Below, piece after piece: positions 1 through 12,805 of a DNA stretch of 64,000 bases. Positions within the stretch are counted from its first letter, which is position 1, and the number at the start of each line of letters is the position of its first letter. This stretch comes from the human T2T-CHM13v2.0 reference genome, Homo sapiens, in NCBI RefSeq assembly GCF_009914755.1, contig NC_060934.1; one strand, given 5' to 3'. Below the pieces are notes generated by a model. It did not search any database and had not been told where the DNA came from. It saw only the letters and a list, made by a program, of their open reading frames with translations. The position numbers and the translations under genes are program-made.

Positions 1-60
1 ATACTGCTAGGAGGTGACTTGTCTCCGGTTTAGTAAGGAAAACCCCCACTTGTATCTAAA

Positions 61-84
61 TTATAAAGAACATTGCTTTTCATG
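61..84 (-). other. Candidate exon start after a 3' splice site (exon may continue past the window start)
   Basis: Minus strand reads ccctgAttttttttgtgagctctctatttgcag|CATGAAAAG...: branch-like CTGAT at ~111, a pyrimidine tract, and CAG at 87-85. Phase-0 reading is HEKQCSL* with TAA at 63-61. Confidence 0.35.
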
Positions 85-885
85 CTGCAAATAGAGAGCT
101 CACAAAAAAATCAGGGCTCCAAATAGAACACACTGCTCCACCTTCATGACAAGACGCGCACTGGTTTAGGAGTGATTTATCTACCTTTCCCAGTATCTGT
201 AGAGTTATTAGCATTCCTCTTTTATATATAACTTAAGGGGGTATGAAATTGAAAAATCTATGAATTCACTTTTTTTAAATGCCAATTTTAAAATGCCACA
301 AAAATTATTTTTCCAGCTTCTTACTGACTTGATCCTCAAAACCATCCTGCCTGTCTGGGGGCAATCTGAGTGTTCCGTGAGTGAGCAAACAGGGTACAGG
401 TGGAACCTTAGACCCATGGCTCACAAAGGCTTGCACACACACATCCGTCTATGAGTGCCCAGGCAGTGCCAACAGCAGCCAAGGCAGGACGGGGCTGGGG
501 GATTTTAGCAGAGTGGAACCATCCTTCCTGGCTCAGATTTGAGTTGGGGGAAATCCCATGTTCTTTCTTTTTCCTTTTGGGTACAGAACCTTGTATGTTT
601 CCCTGCTTTCCGAGTGTCCCTGATACTGTAGTGATATCTAAATGAAATCCATGCCTAAAATGATTAGCCTCTGAAGCCAGATTCCTACTGCTCAAAGAGG
701 TGGAGATAGAGACCACGCTCCCCAGTCACTGCTGCTCATTGCTATTTGCTGAACTTATAGGCAGCAAATATTCATTTCAGATGTGGCCAAAAAGGTTTGT
801 CTACCAAATATATAGCTATGTTATTTTCTCCATGAATAAAAGATTTTAGGAAAGGAAAAATGTGATGAAACTAAAACGTCCTTAC

Positions 886-902
886 CTGAGGATCTCTAAA
901 AC
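886..902 (-). other. Candidate 17-nt microexon GTTTTAGAGATCCTCAG
   Basis: Minus strand reads tttcttcattgttttcag|GTTTTAGAGATCCTCAG|gtaagg, a near-consensus acceptor and donor only 17 nt apart. Open as (G)FRDPQ in phase 1 or VLEIL(R/S) in phase 0. Confidence 0.6.
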
Positions 903-920
903 CTGAAAACAATGAAGAAA

Positions 921-1043
921 GGAGTTTATTCACCAATGAGAGGCCTCTGTTTGGGGAGTTTATTCACTAATGAGAGGCCTCTGTTTGAGGAGTTTATTCA
1001 CCAGTGAGAGGCCTCTGTTTGGGGAGTTTTTTCACCTATGAGA
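921..1043. repeat. 34-bp minisatellite, about 3.6 copies
   Basis: Unit GGAGTTTATTCACCAATGAGAGGCCTCTGTTTGG repeated in tandem with few substitutions. Confidence 0.95.
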
Positions 1044-3867
1044 TGGCTGCCAGGGGTCTCGGGTAGGGAGCAGTCCCAGGGGAGGCACTGACTCCAATCC
1101 CACGAAGCTCAAGGACACGTGCGTCTTAAGGACTCCATGTCGTCATCAGATGTGGAGCGGCATTGGGACTGGAGTGAGGGTGGGCAGGTGCCATCAGCAC
1201 CCACGAGTCCATACTTGAACTGCCCTTTGTTCTAAGGGGTTTATTTCACCCATAATAGACTGTGTTGACTTCAAAGCAGCCCTCACACTTGTGGGGTGAT
1301 AGGCCAGGAGAACAGAGCTCATTAACAATTGTCCTTTTCAAATGGAAATTGTTCTGCCTTTATGCAGGGTGACTGGAGAGCCCCTCATAGAATTAATGCT
1401 TTCTCTTTTCTCTCTGTGATTCTTTGGGTCCTTGTATGATTCTGAATGGAGATGGGAAAAGGGAGAGAGAGCAAATTAAAGAAATATTCATAACACTTTT
1501 CTCCTAGCACAAGCTCAGTGGGTCAACCAAGATACTCAGAGACCATCCAGTCTCAAAGAATTGAGTTCCCTCACCAGTGCCCCCCAAATAATAATATAAG
1601 ACAACCACGTCTTTGCATGTCAAGCATTTAACCATTTGCTGCAGGGTCCATACACACATACACACAGTGGACTGAGTTGAGCAACAGCCACATCTTTTCA
1701 TAAAGAGGAACCACTGGGCCTGAGCTACTCTGTGGCCTCTTACACAATCACTTGGAAGACCATATGCTCCCCATGCTGGAAGCAATGTTTAAAAACCCAA
1801 GCCCAGCTACTCTGGAATCCCAGGGACTTTGAGGAAGGGGAGCTCCTGAGCAAGGGCAAGGCTGGGTGATATTCCTAGAGATGCAGTTTGATTCCTGAGG
1901 GAGGGCAAGTCCTGGTGGTGTTCCTAGAGATGCAATTTGATTTGATCAAGGACTAGGTCAAACCACAGCTCTAGGCGTGGCCTCCAGGGGTTTGTCTCCC
2001 CAGCGTGACCTTAACATGTTTTCCATTCTCCCTGGGATCAGACAGCCTCTTGCTCCCACACCCTTTGTCCCCAGGGTCCCTGTCTCCACAGAGAAACCCC
2101 GCTGGGAGTGGGGCTCCAGGCATCAGGCTAGAGAAAGAAGAAGGACATCCTACACTGCTGAAAGGAGCCGTGGGGGAATGACAGCTCACCAGATGAGCAT
2201 AATGGGGGCTGCAGAGAAATTTCAGGACAGGGAAACGACATTTGATGCCTGAAGGGAAAAACCTGTGGGAAGCTTTGGGATGTATTGCTGTAGCGGGAGA
2301 CCTTGGTGGGGCTGACCCTTCAATACAGGATACGCGTTAATGGACCCAAAATATTGAAAGCAAATATTGACTCCAGCTCCTGAAAAGACTTTAATTATTT
2401 ATTTTGAATAATTTGATACTCAAGTAAATTAATGCTAAAGCATTTCTCTGTTTGTGCCAAATCAGTGCTTCTCAGTGGGAACTCGGCCCATCTTTGCAGG
2501 CAAGCGCTCACTCTCAGTAGGCAGTCCATTTCTGCAGAGTGCCATTAAGTTAATTTCAAAAAGAACCAGTAAAGGTATATGGAGCAGGCAGTAATAGCAT
2601 GGAAAATATCCAAAATTACTAGACCCAGCAACAGAACTTGGATGCCATTTTCATGCACTAATAATTTGTAGTCTACATATTGAAGGTAACTATAAACTGA
2701 CTACTTTCCCTGCTAAAGCATTCGGGTAATTAAAAATACGCTGTTAGTTGTCTACGTTTCAACATGGGGGAACAAGATGCCTTTTTTCTCTTCCTTGGTA
2801 AATGCAGTTTGCAGACTATTATCCAAAGTGACGCTGAAGTCCTTTGTCACAGGGATTATTTCACGTCCTTGTTTTCCTTCAGGAGTATCAGGTGGGTTTG
2901 CCCACCAGGCCAGAGAGCAGAACAGAGATGCTGTGGGGGAAGTTCCAGGAAATGGTTTCATTTTAGACGGATTACTGTACTAGGAATTTGTTAATGGGGG
3001 CGATTCTGGATGAACCACACAAAATTAAACATCTGACAACAGGAAGGCCCCCCCAAAATACATCATATGCTTTTGTTTAGAAGGGAAATGTAGAGAACAT
3101 GGGCAGGAAAAAACTGTCAAACAACATTTTTAACTTCTAAGACCAGGTAAAAAGAAGACAAAGTATTTAAAGTTTCTATGAACCTCCTCTGTGTGGGTAC
3201 TTCTTGCTGCTTCACGGATTTCCAGGAGGAATTACTTCCTTTCACTTCTGTTTCATCCTGACAGCCACTGTTTAGGCTGTTTTTATAAGCTACCCATTTC
3301 TATAAATCCCTGTAGAAAAGAGATCAATTTAACCAAGGAAAGTTAAAAAAAAAAAAAAGCAATCTTTTTGCTATTCATGAAGGATATCAATAGTATAGCA
3401 ACCAGACTTGGCCACAGTCATTGTTCCTTTCCCATGCCTGCAGAAGTTGTAGTTTCAACAGTACAAAGCCATTTAACTATTAATTGGGTCTAAGCTACAC
3501 CCATGCAATTAGTCAAGTAATCACTCCAAAGGACAGCGGCTTTGATCTTCAGAACGAAGAGATATGAAAATGACAAAGAAGCAAAGTTTCATTCTGGGTT
3601 TTCCATGCAATTTTGGTTTACCTCAATTGGAAGTGTGGGTGAGTGCTTTAATTATGGAGACAATGCAAGGTGGCCCCAGGGAGGGCCATGGCTTCCAGAC
3701 CCACTCAGTGCTACCATCTGGGGTGGATCTTTTCAAGGCACTCTCCAAAATTATCAGATGGATTTGGTAATTCTCTCAGTAATTTACCCAAAAGAATTAA
3801 ATTGTCTCTTGAGGTTTCAATCGTCCCTGGAGAGGCTGTATCTTGGCATTTTAAAAGCAACAGCACA

Positions 3868-4164
3868 GGCCGGGCGCAGTGGCTCACGCCTGTAATCCTA
3901 GAACTTTGGGAGGCTGAGGCGGGCAGATCACGAGGTCAAGAGATAGAGACCATCCTGGCCAATGTGGTGAAACCCCATCTCTACTAAAAATACAAGAATT
4001 AGCTGGGCCTGGTGGCGCATGCCTGTAATTCCAGCTACTTGGGAGGCTGAGACAGGAGAATCACTTGAACCAGGGAGTCAGAGGTTGCAGTGAGCTGAGA
4101 TCGCGCCACTGCACTCCAGCCTGGTGACAGGGTGAGAGCGAGACTCCGTCTCACAAAAAAAAAG
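3868..4164 (+). mobile_element. Alu SINE (AluSc-like)
   Basis: GGCCGGGCGCAGTGGCTCAC start, two arms, A tail, diagnostic GAGGTCAAGAGAT. TSD AAA(A/T)GCAACAGCACA at 3853-3867 and 4165-4179. Confidence 0.97.
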
Positions 4165-4417
4165 AAATGCAACAGCACAGAGGCCTGAAAGCCAAAGAGT
4201 TGGAGACTCAAAGACAGATTCCCTACTCATCTGCAACTCCCAGAGCTAGACGGACTCAGTATCTTCCCATCTGACATCTTGCCTGGCACTGGCTTTTCTC
4301 TTAATCCCTTCCATGTTCTATGGTCAGCTACAAAATACAGCATACTCACACCACATGATGTTTTGCACCATAGTGAGGGTTGTTTCTGAGGCTCCTTCTG
4401 GATTTTCTACCTTCCCA

Positions 4418-4502
4418 ACCTCCCCAGTGAATCAGGCTATGTATATCATATACATACAAGGTCTACCTGACCTCCCCAGTGAATCAGGCTATGTAAATCA
4501 TA
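4418..4502. repeat. Short direct duplication (33 bp, offset 52 bp)
   Basis: ACCTCCCCAGTGAATCAGGCTATGTA(T/A)ATCATA at 4418-4450 and 4470-4502. Confidence 0.9.
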
Positions 4503-5615
4503 CGTATGTATCAGTCAATAGTTGGGAATGTGCTTGAGCTGCCTTCCTCAGTTTCACCTCCACAGCTCCCTGGGAAGCTGACATCGCCACCACTGCTGTT
4601 TAGGCAAGTGAACATGAGGCACCTTCCCCAAGATCAAAAAGCTAGGTGGACTGAGGAGTAGGGCTCAAACACAGCTCAGATGCTGCTGAAGACTCATCCA
4701 GAGCCTGTCCTAACTAACTTCACACCCTGAACACACAGGTGTGCTGGGCTTGGGCCCTGTGCGGTGTCCCCAGAGCTAGAGAAGTAAAAGAAGAAGAGGG
4801 AGGTGTCGGAGGCTGTGGACGGGCTCCGTGTGTCCCCTCCCCTTCCCTGGCGCAGATGTGGGTGGTCATATCTACAATATGAGTTCAAAAGAACTGAAAG
4901 TCCTCTTGTCAAAATCTCTCCCTCACTCAAGGCCTGACACTGAGAAAGAAATTCCCACCTTTCAGTTTCCTCCTTTAGGCTAAGTCGCACGTCTGAAAAG
5001 CTCTGAGAAGCATTGCATGGGAGGGGAGGCCCATTAACTCAGGATCCCCCATTAGCCCACATTTCCAAATTTGCACTCAGCAGGACCCAAAAGGAATGAC
5101 ATTCAGTACTGGAACATCTGGATCAGAGAAAAAGGGAGGGAGGGAGAAGCCGAGAGTAGTCATGGTGAGAAATAGGGCAGAGGGAACTTTCCCCAGGAAC
5201 TGGGAAGCCCTTCATTGGCAGGTGCCAAGTGCCTAGACCGGATGAAGGAAAAAGATGAGAGACAGACAGAGAGAGAGCGAAGTGGACAAAGGTGAACTGG
5301 GAAGCGCTTCTAGCAGCTGATAAGACTGAGAGGGCACATTCCCCAGCTTTGCCTAGGATGGACATAGACAAGCCAAGGCAGTAGAAGTCACCCTGGTCCA
5401 GGACGCTTTGCAAAGGCAGCCAGCATGGCAGAGTGATAGGAGTGATTGAGAGCTTGCCAGCACCATCTCCCCGCCATGGAACATGGTACCACCATTAGAA
5501 ATGAGACCTGGGTGCCTCTTAGGACAGGAGGAAAATGACTTGGATATGTCTCCTTCTCTCTTCCTAGTGCAAAAGATAGCACTACCACTGGACCAGGAAA
5601 GATATTGGAAAAGTC

Positions 5616-5709
5616 TTCATAAAAACCCTGAGATGTCTGTCAGCCAATTCATAAAACCCTGAGTTGCCTGTCAGCCAATTCATAAAACCCTGAGATGCCT
5701 GTCAGCCAA
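5616..5709. repeat. 31-bp minisatellite, 3 copies
   Basis: Unit TTCATAAAACCCTGAGATGCCTGTCAGCCAA. Confidence 0.95.
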
Positions 5710-6321
5710 GGGTGACCTCCAGGACCACTGCATGGGAGATATTTCCTTAGGGCCTCGCAGGCAGCTACAATGCAAGCCAATTTACCTGATGTTGAGATTT
5801 GGGGTGAGAAAGTGAACCCTCCAGTTTCCCAGAAGTCTGTCTCACCAGATGCAGAGACTCAGCCTCTTCCAGGAAGCATCAGGATTGGATTTGGGTCTGA
5901 GTGGCCAGCTTTCAATAGGACTCATTCTGTGACTCCAGGTCAAACTTGCCAAATGTCTTCCGCAGATTAAGTACAGAACCCTGGATCAAACCCAAATGTG
6001 GAGGCAAGGAAATCCACTTGCAAGTAGAATGAGGGTCTTAGACACATTGCACAGGTTTAGTGAGGGCCTGGAAACTAAATCTGTGTTATACCCACCCCCA
6101 CCAGTAAAACTCAAAACTGTGGGCCAGTGTTCATGACGTATAGGAGTTTGTAACTTCATCTTCTATAATCCATTTCACACAAATGCACTCCGGCTTGCTT
6201 CCTGGGCTAAAATAATACAGGTACTTATAAGAATTCACCCACAGAGTTAACATAGGCAAATGCTTTGGTCCCATAATATATGAAGTCAATGCTTGGTTTC
6301 TTCTAGGATTCAGGCACGTGC

Positions 6322-6362
6322 GCACAAACACACACAAACACACACACACACACACACACACC
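6322..6362. repeat. (CA)n microsatellite, interrupted
   Basis: Read directly from the sequence. Confidence 0.9.
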
Positions 6363-8679
6363 ACAGCAGAAAGGGTAGGTTTTCTTTTATCCAGTGCTTC
6401 TACTGCATAGAGAAAAAGCAAGGGCTATATTTTATTTAATACAACATTTTCAAATATTTTGTCCTACTTTCTCACACAGCACCAAAAATATCCTACGTGG
6501 TAGGAAAATAGAGTTAGTGTAAACAGAGGTGAAGTATAGCTTGCTGAAAATATGCAGAATGAATTTTTGGTTAAAGGATGGAGAGATTCAGGATGGAGGC
6601 AGCAACTCCTCTCCCCGCTACAGGGATGCCCGGTAGGCAGTGGAGAAAATGTAGTAAGTACAACTAAAACTGGATTTAATCATCGCTACTAATAAAGGGC
6701 CAAGGCTATATAGCAATTTACTGTGCTGTCGGCAAAATGAATTGCTTAAGGCACATTAGCAGGACGTTAGATAACACACACGCAGTAAGTAAATTATGAT
6801 TAAAATAACCATAGAGTAAAGACTGTACATGCTCCACCGCCATAACTTTTTAAAAATCTTTTAAAGATACCTCCCCCAGTGAATCTGTTTATCACCTCCT
6901 ACAATTTTAATCAAATTCAATAAGCATATTTCTTACTCTATAAAATGTTTTTGATTGGTCTTTTTATTTTTTTTTCCAATTGGTAAATGAAAGAATGATG
7001 TCATATGACAGCATTAAATACTATTAAACAGACCATAACTAACATCAGCCGTATAAATTATACATAAGCTGACATTTTTATGCACTTCGTGAAGAATTGC
7101 TTCATGGGTTGTACAATCTTTTCCAAAACAAGCTCCTCAGAATAACGTGACTGCTTATGTTTCATGGCTACAAATGGGTAACTGAATTAGCATTCATTTA
7201 TGAAGTTTTCACAGGGAACCCTTCTCATTCAAATACTTGTAGATTATAATTTATTTTTATCTGAGGCATAATTTTTCATGTGGAAGTTTTGCCAAAATCA
7301 ATAGAACCAGAGCCAAGCCCTGTTCCCTATTCCCAACTTAGACCCTCCTCTTGGCTGCTGCCTCCACGTGTCTTCTCTAGCTGGGAAGGTAAACAAATGA
7401 GTCTGCCTCATAATTGTCATCTCTGCCAAAGTGCTGAGCTGAATATTATTTTTTACCAGTTCAGCCCACCGCACTTAGAACTCTATTCACACACGTTTTA
7501 AAATGGCTTTTTGCATTCTTACGCAAGGAGTGCAGGCTCTTGTTATATGGCAGGAAAACAGCATATTTCATTTCTGATTCACAAGGAAAGTCCATGCCAA
7601 AAGTGTCAATGACAACCCCAGGTTTCGAAATAGCCTAGATTAACACAGAGAATGTGCAGGGGCTTGGGAAACCCTCTTCTGGAGGAAGGGGTCGTATCAG
7701 GTCCTCTTTGTGCCTGCAGACAGTTGGACTCTGTCCCAAACCAGACAGTGTTTTCTTATAGACACGGGCAATGTGCGAAGAGAGCAGGATCTGGCAGAAA
7801 AAACGCTGAGGTATTAATCAAATAAGAAAGTCTAAGGGCCACCAGTTTTCCACAGTGTATCATCACAGTAAACATATGAGGATGAATACCCTGTTTGCTG
7901 TGAGTTTAAATGTGTCTGAATAATCCTGGTGACGTTGCAGGGACTTTTGATTCCAGTAATTTATCTTATATGGTGAAAATTCTTTTGTTGCTTTAATTTG
8001 CAAAGGTTTTCTTTCAATTTTCTGAAGTCCAGACAGTACCATGTATCCAAGCAAAAAATGCACCAGGAGATGTGAATTGAGCTAATGCATGTATAAAGTG
8101 CTGGGCGCCTAAAAGCTTGACAAATACGGGACTGCTATTGTCATTATTGGGATTTTCACTGATACCTCTGTTATGGCTCACGTTCAAATGCTGGGTAATG
8201 TTGACTCTGGTTCAACACATTTGGGTGTATCTCTTGATTGGCGAGAATGCACTCCGACTATGCCTGTGCCATTTTTGTCCATTTCTCTATACATTTCATA
8301 CCTAGCCATACTGCTGTAGCAAATGTTGACACCCACTAGGATTTTACTTTAGCTGAGATATTTTGCATTTGCTTATAATAGAAGAAAACCCTCTTTGCAC
8401 ACCTAGGAGTTAGTGCAGCTTGTTAGCCCACACCCAACACGGATCTCAAAACTTTGTGAATCCCAAATTATCACCCTCTCCAGGTTTTGAGTCTAAAGCA
8501 GTTTGGACAAAGGGGCACATTCCCTGGCTGTGGCTTATTGCGGGCATGCAACTGGGTGCCTGGCAGATGCCCTGCAGAATACTGGAGATGGCTGAGTTAT
8601 GACCAATGAGAATTTCAAAATAGGAGAGCTGATATGCAGAGACAGCTACTATGTCAGGGAAATTACGTGGGCACATGAA

Positions 8680-8775
8680 TGCATGTATACATATGTATGT
8701 ATGTGTATTGTATGTGCATGTGCACGTATGTATATGTGTATATGTATTGCAAGTGTGTGCCCACACGCATATACA
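8680..8775. repeat. TATG/TG alternating purine-pyrimidine low-complexity tract
   Basis: gcatgtatacatatgtatgtatgtgtattgtatgtgcatgtgcacgtatg... Confidence 0.85.
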
Positions 8776-10393
8776 TCAGACTCAAAGATGGCATTTTATT
8801 CCTACTGCAACTATTAAGGCTTTTTTGTAGCTTGTGGACACAGCTCTTTTCACCCTGGCCTTCCCCGGTGAGGTGCAGCTGGATTGTGAGAGGCACCCTT
8901 AACTCCCCCACTGGAAGTGGCCCAGGAACACCACAAAAACCCCAATGGGCTTCTCTGAGGCTTCTGAGTCAGGATGCAAAGAACAGAAGCTGGGGAATAG
9001 TAGTACATAAACTCAAAGCCCAAGTGCTGCCTGTGATGCTCCTCAATGAGTGTAGAAATCTGAAGCAAGTCCAGATTTAAAATCCTGGGAGAAGGACCAA
9101 CAAGACAGAAATGATCGCATTTAATTTTTATACTTCGGACTGTAAAGCAAACAACGTTTTGATTTTTTCAGCATTACTGAGACATGTGAGGAAGGAATTC
9201 TAAGAATGAGGACACTTTCACCCCCATGACCCTATTTGTCCCAAAGACTTCACTTACTGTTTTTGCTGATAACTCACAAATCGAAGTTTTGGCCTGAAAC
9301 TCTCTCTTGCGGTCCAGACGGGCATCTCACAACAGCTACCATGCTCCAGCACTGAGCAAGTGCCAGGCAGCTTCTAGATGCTTCCTTTGAGTTAGCCCAA
9401 CACAGGCAGGGGAAGCAGAGGATCAGAATGGTTAAGTCCAGGCCTATAGGCATCAGGGAGGGTGGCTGCCTCTGCAGCAATCACTGCAGTCAGCGTGGTG
9501 GACTCAGCACTTGCCGTCTTCACCCCAGTGTCCCAAAGGCACTTCCAACTCTTCATGTGCCACAACTTAACTCTTCTTCCCACTCCAAATATGATCGATG
9601 GCCTGTGATCCCTCCCCTGGAGAACAGGACCTCCCGCCCTCAAGGGGAGAACATACGGGCCATGTGTGCCCAAAGGTGGGAATCTTGGGGGCCATGTTAG
9701 AACTGTTCTTGCCACAAGTCAAAATCTGAAAGCATAAAGCTTTGGCCAATCTTTGAGTGCATGAAGACAGTGGTCACCTTTGGTGAAAAGACACTTGGGG
9801 AGAAAGTCTGGGTTCCAACCTCCCCAGGAATGGGCCCTCGCATGAGGAGGGCACTGGCTGTTATGGCCATAGTCACCATGATCTGGCAGTGTGTATTCAC
9901 CGGCACCTGCTCCTCGCCAGGCACTGTGCCCTGTGTCCCTCATGGGTATCACAACAGTTTGCCTCACCACAGGAGAGCTTTGGCTACGAGGCAGAAATTT
10001 GCAAAGAAGGGCTGGAGTGAACCACCTCTCCTCTGTGATACCTGCACTCGAATAGACAGGCTTTGATTTAATGGCCTGGAAATTAAGGGATGCACTCAAG
10101 GAGCTGCCTTCTGGCAATGGAGGGCAGGATGCAGGCATCTTCTGTTGATGGCATAGTCATCCCTCCTGTTGGCCAGTTTGTGGGTAATTCTGGAGCAAGC
10201 TGCCCAGGAGGAAGGGACTTGACTACCCTAGGCCCAGAGGAGGGCTAGTGTACAGAGATACCCCTGGCTGTTTCTAAGATTCTCTACCTGAGAGGTGCAG
10301 GTCTGAAGAGGCCAACTCGTGGGCATGGGGTGGTTCATCTTCCATCTTCCCTGGGAGCAGCCCTGCTGCCTCAAGGCAGGGATTCCTCAAGTC

Positions 10394-10610
10394 CAGGGGT
10401 CAGCAAACCTTTTCTGTAAAGGGCCGGGCAGTAAATATTTCAGGCTTTGCAGGTCTCTGCTGCAACTACTCAACTCTGTGGTTGTAGCACAAAAGCCACC
10501 ATAGATAATGTATCTAACAAATAAATGTAACTCTATTCCAAAAAAAAACTTCATTTACAAAAGCAGGTGGTGGGCTGGATTTGGCCTTTGGGCTGCACTT
10601 TGCTAACCTG
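10394..10610. mobile_element. MER58A-like hAT-Charlie MITE
   Basis: CAGGGGTCAGCAAAC...TTTGCTAACCTG terminal inverted repeats. Internal TTTTCTGTAAAGGGCC..GTAAATATTT is typical of MER58. Confidence 0.85.
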
Positions 10611-10763
10611 GCTGGAGTCGCCAGCCCTGAGTGGGCAGGGTGAGGCAGAGGCAGGCGTGGAGTTCACTCCTGGCTTTCTTGTTCTTGGGATTCTACTTCT
10701 CTGTAGATTTTCACATCGCACCATTCCAGGCCATCACTTAAGCCCGACTACCATCACCCTCCA

Positions 10764-11193
10764 TGGGGTAGAGTGGAATGAAGAGTGTCCTCTCCAAATT
10801 CATGTCTACCTAGAGGCTCAGAATATCACCTTATTTGGAAACAGGATTATTGCAGACATAATTAATTAAGGATCTCAAGGTGCAATCATCCAAGATTTAG
10901 AGTAACCCCTAAATCCGATGAGTACTGTGTGTATTTATCAGAAGAGGAGAGGATGCAGAGACACAGGGAGAAGTCCATGGCGACAGAGGCATAGATCGGA
11001 GCGACACAGCCACAAGCCAAGGAACACCAGGAAGAGGCAGGGAAGGATCTTCCCCTAGAGTCCTTGGAAGGACCAGGATTCTGCTGACACTCTCAAACTT
11101 CTGGCCTCCAGACCTATGAGAGCACGAATCTCCAGTGTCTTAAGCCACCCACATTGTGGTCATTTGTTATGGTAGCCACAGGACACTCATACA
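10764..11193 (+). mobile_element. MaLR solo LTR (MLT1C-like)
   Basis: CCAAATTCATGTC..ACCTTATTTGGAAA..CCCTAAATCC..TTAAGCCACCC..TTTGTTATGGTAGCC..ATACA, all MLT1 hallmarks. Confidence 0.85.
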
Positions 11194-11229
11194 GTTGGGC
11201 TATCTTAACAGCCTCTGAACCAGAGTTCC

Positions 11230-11640
11230 TCCCTCCAGCATACCGCAGCACTCCCCAGCCTTCCTCCACATTGCATCCCGAGAAACCTTCCTAAAATATA
11301 CGTCCAGTCATCACATAGCCCAATGCTTAAACCCCTTCCATAGAAACTCCATTTCCTACACCGTGACCAGGCTCCTAAACATGGTTCCCCACACACCTAC
11401 ACCTGTACTTCCCTCCACTCACGCCAAGCCTCAGTCACACCGAGCTGCTTGGAATCTTCTGGTTGCGGTAGCAAGCTCTTACCTCCTGGTGTTGGTATGC
11501 ACAGTCCCCCATCTGAACTGCCTCCTGGCTCCCTCATCCTGCCACTCTCTCTCCTGCAAGATCCCTCTCAGAGGGCATCTCCTCTGGACAGATATCCTTA
11601 ACCACCAGTGCATCATACCCTAAAACTTGACTCAACTCAT
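11230..11640 (+). mobile_element. Degraded L2 LINE 3' fragment
   Basis: CT-rich sequence with L2-like motifs (cttcctaaaat..tcatcac..tgcttaaacccctt..). Confidence 0.5.
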
Positions 11641-12754
11641 TGATGTGTTTTCCAAACTTCTGACATCACCACCCTTCCCCAGGATTTTCCACATCTTTGC
11701 ACAACTGCACTTTATTTTATTATTTTTTAAAATGATTCTTTTTTAATCAAGTATATTTTGAAAATAAAAATCATTTGTACCATTATGATAAAATGGGGGC
11801 GGGGGTCCAAACTGCTTTTTAAAATAAAACTGTAATTGCAAATGAAATGAAGCAATGTTATTAACATTAGAACTAGATGCTGGGGAGGCCTATTTTCATA
11901 TTAGGAAAAGAGACTGGCAAGTGAGAGCCTTTCTCTCTGTCATTATCAGAAGAATTCAAAGAGAATCCACGTGGAGATATTGTAACTTTCTTCTTCTTTG
12001 ATTCAATGCTCCTGCACCCCACGCTGTCCGCCCCTGAAGTCTGCTCACCCAGGAGCCTCCCCAGCTCTCTGGGAAACACTTGTGTTTGTTCACAGCTGTC
12101 TCCCCTCGTAGCCTCTAATCTCCTGGGAGGCAGGACAATCCCCATCACCTCGTGCAATGCTGGCATTTTTATAGATGACCAATTAATATTTGTGATCGAA
12201 ATGAGTGAAAGAAAGACTGAGAAATACCCACAAAATTCTGTGGCTAATCAGACAATCAATGGCTCTATTATCCCTGTCAGGCAGGGAGGGTTATTGGAGC
12301 CATGTAAGCACACTGGGGTAGTTCACACTGTGTTCAGAGAGGAACTTGAGAACTCTTTGATGGGGCCCCCCAGCGAGCTGCGGCCTGCTTGAATCTAGAA
12401 CCAGATCTGTGCAGTAAAGGGCCCACTTCCTGAACTTGTTCCTTTCCTCATTCCACTCCTGTCTGTAAGAACATGGGAAAGAGCAGACGAGAACCTCACT
12501 TTAACATTTAACTACAAACCAGGTCCAAAATGAAATAGCTATCTGCTCAGACATACACATCAGCCTGCTTTTGATACCTTAAGATCATTGTAGGGTCACC
12601 CAGGCAGAATGAGCTCAAACCTTCGCAAGGAAAACCAGGTCTGTGGCAGCCGCTGGCCAAATGCCAAGGCAGTGAGGGATTTGTGCTGAAACCCCTCTCC
12701 TCACCCACTTTAGCAGAGCACCAAAGCACTCAGCCCAAAGCCTGCCTTTCAGAA

Positions 12755-12805
12755 GTGTGTGTGCATGTGTGTGTGTGTGTGTGCGCCTGCCCGCGTGCAT
12801 GTGTG
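12755..12805. repeat. (TG)n microsatellite, imperfect
   Basis: Read directly from the sequence. Confidence 0.9.

Noticed and set aside
31-60. Alternative acceptor tgttctttataatttag at 57-56, giving IQVGVFLTKPET...
   Set aside because: Weaker than the acceptor at 87-85, which has a branch-like motif and is met first. It cannot be evaluated at the window edge.
881-920. Assigning a gene symbol from the microexon peptide
   Set aside because: I do not recognise GFRDPQ, VLEIL or MAFFTARGP from any known protein, so no symbol is given.
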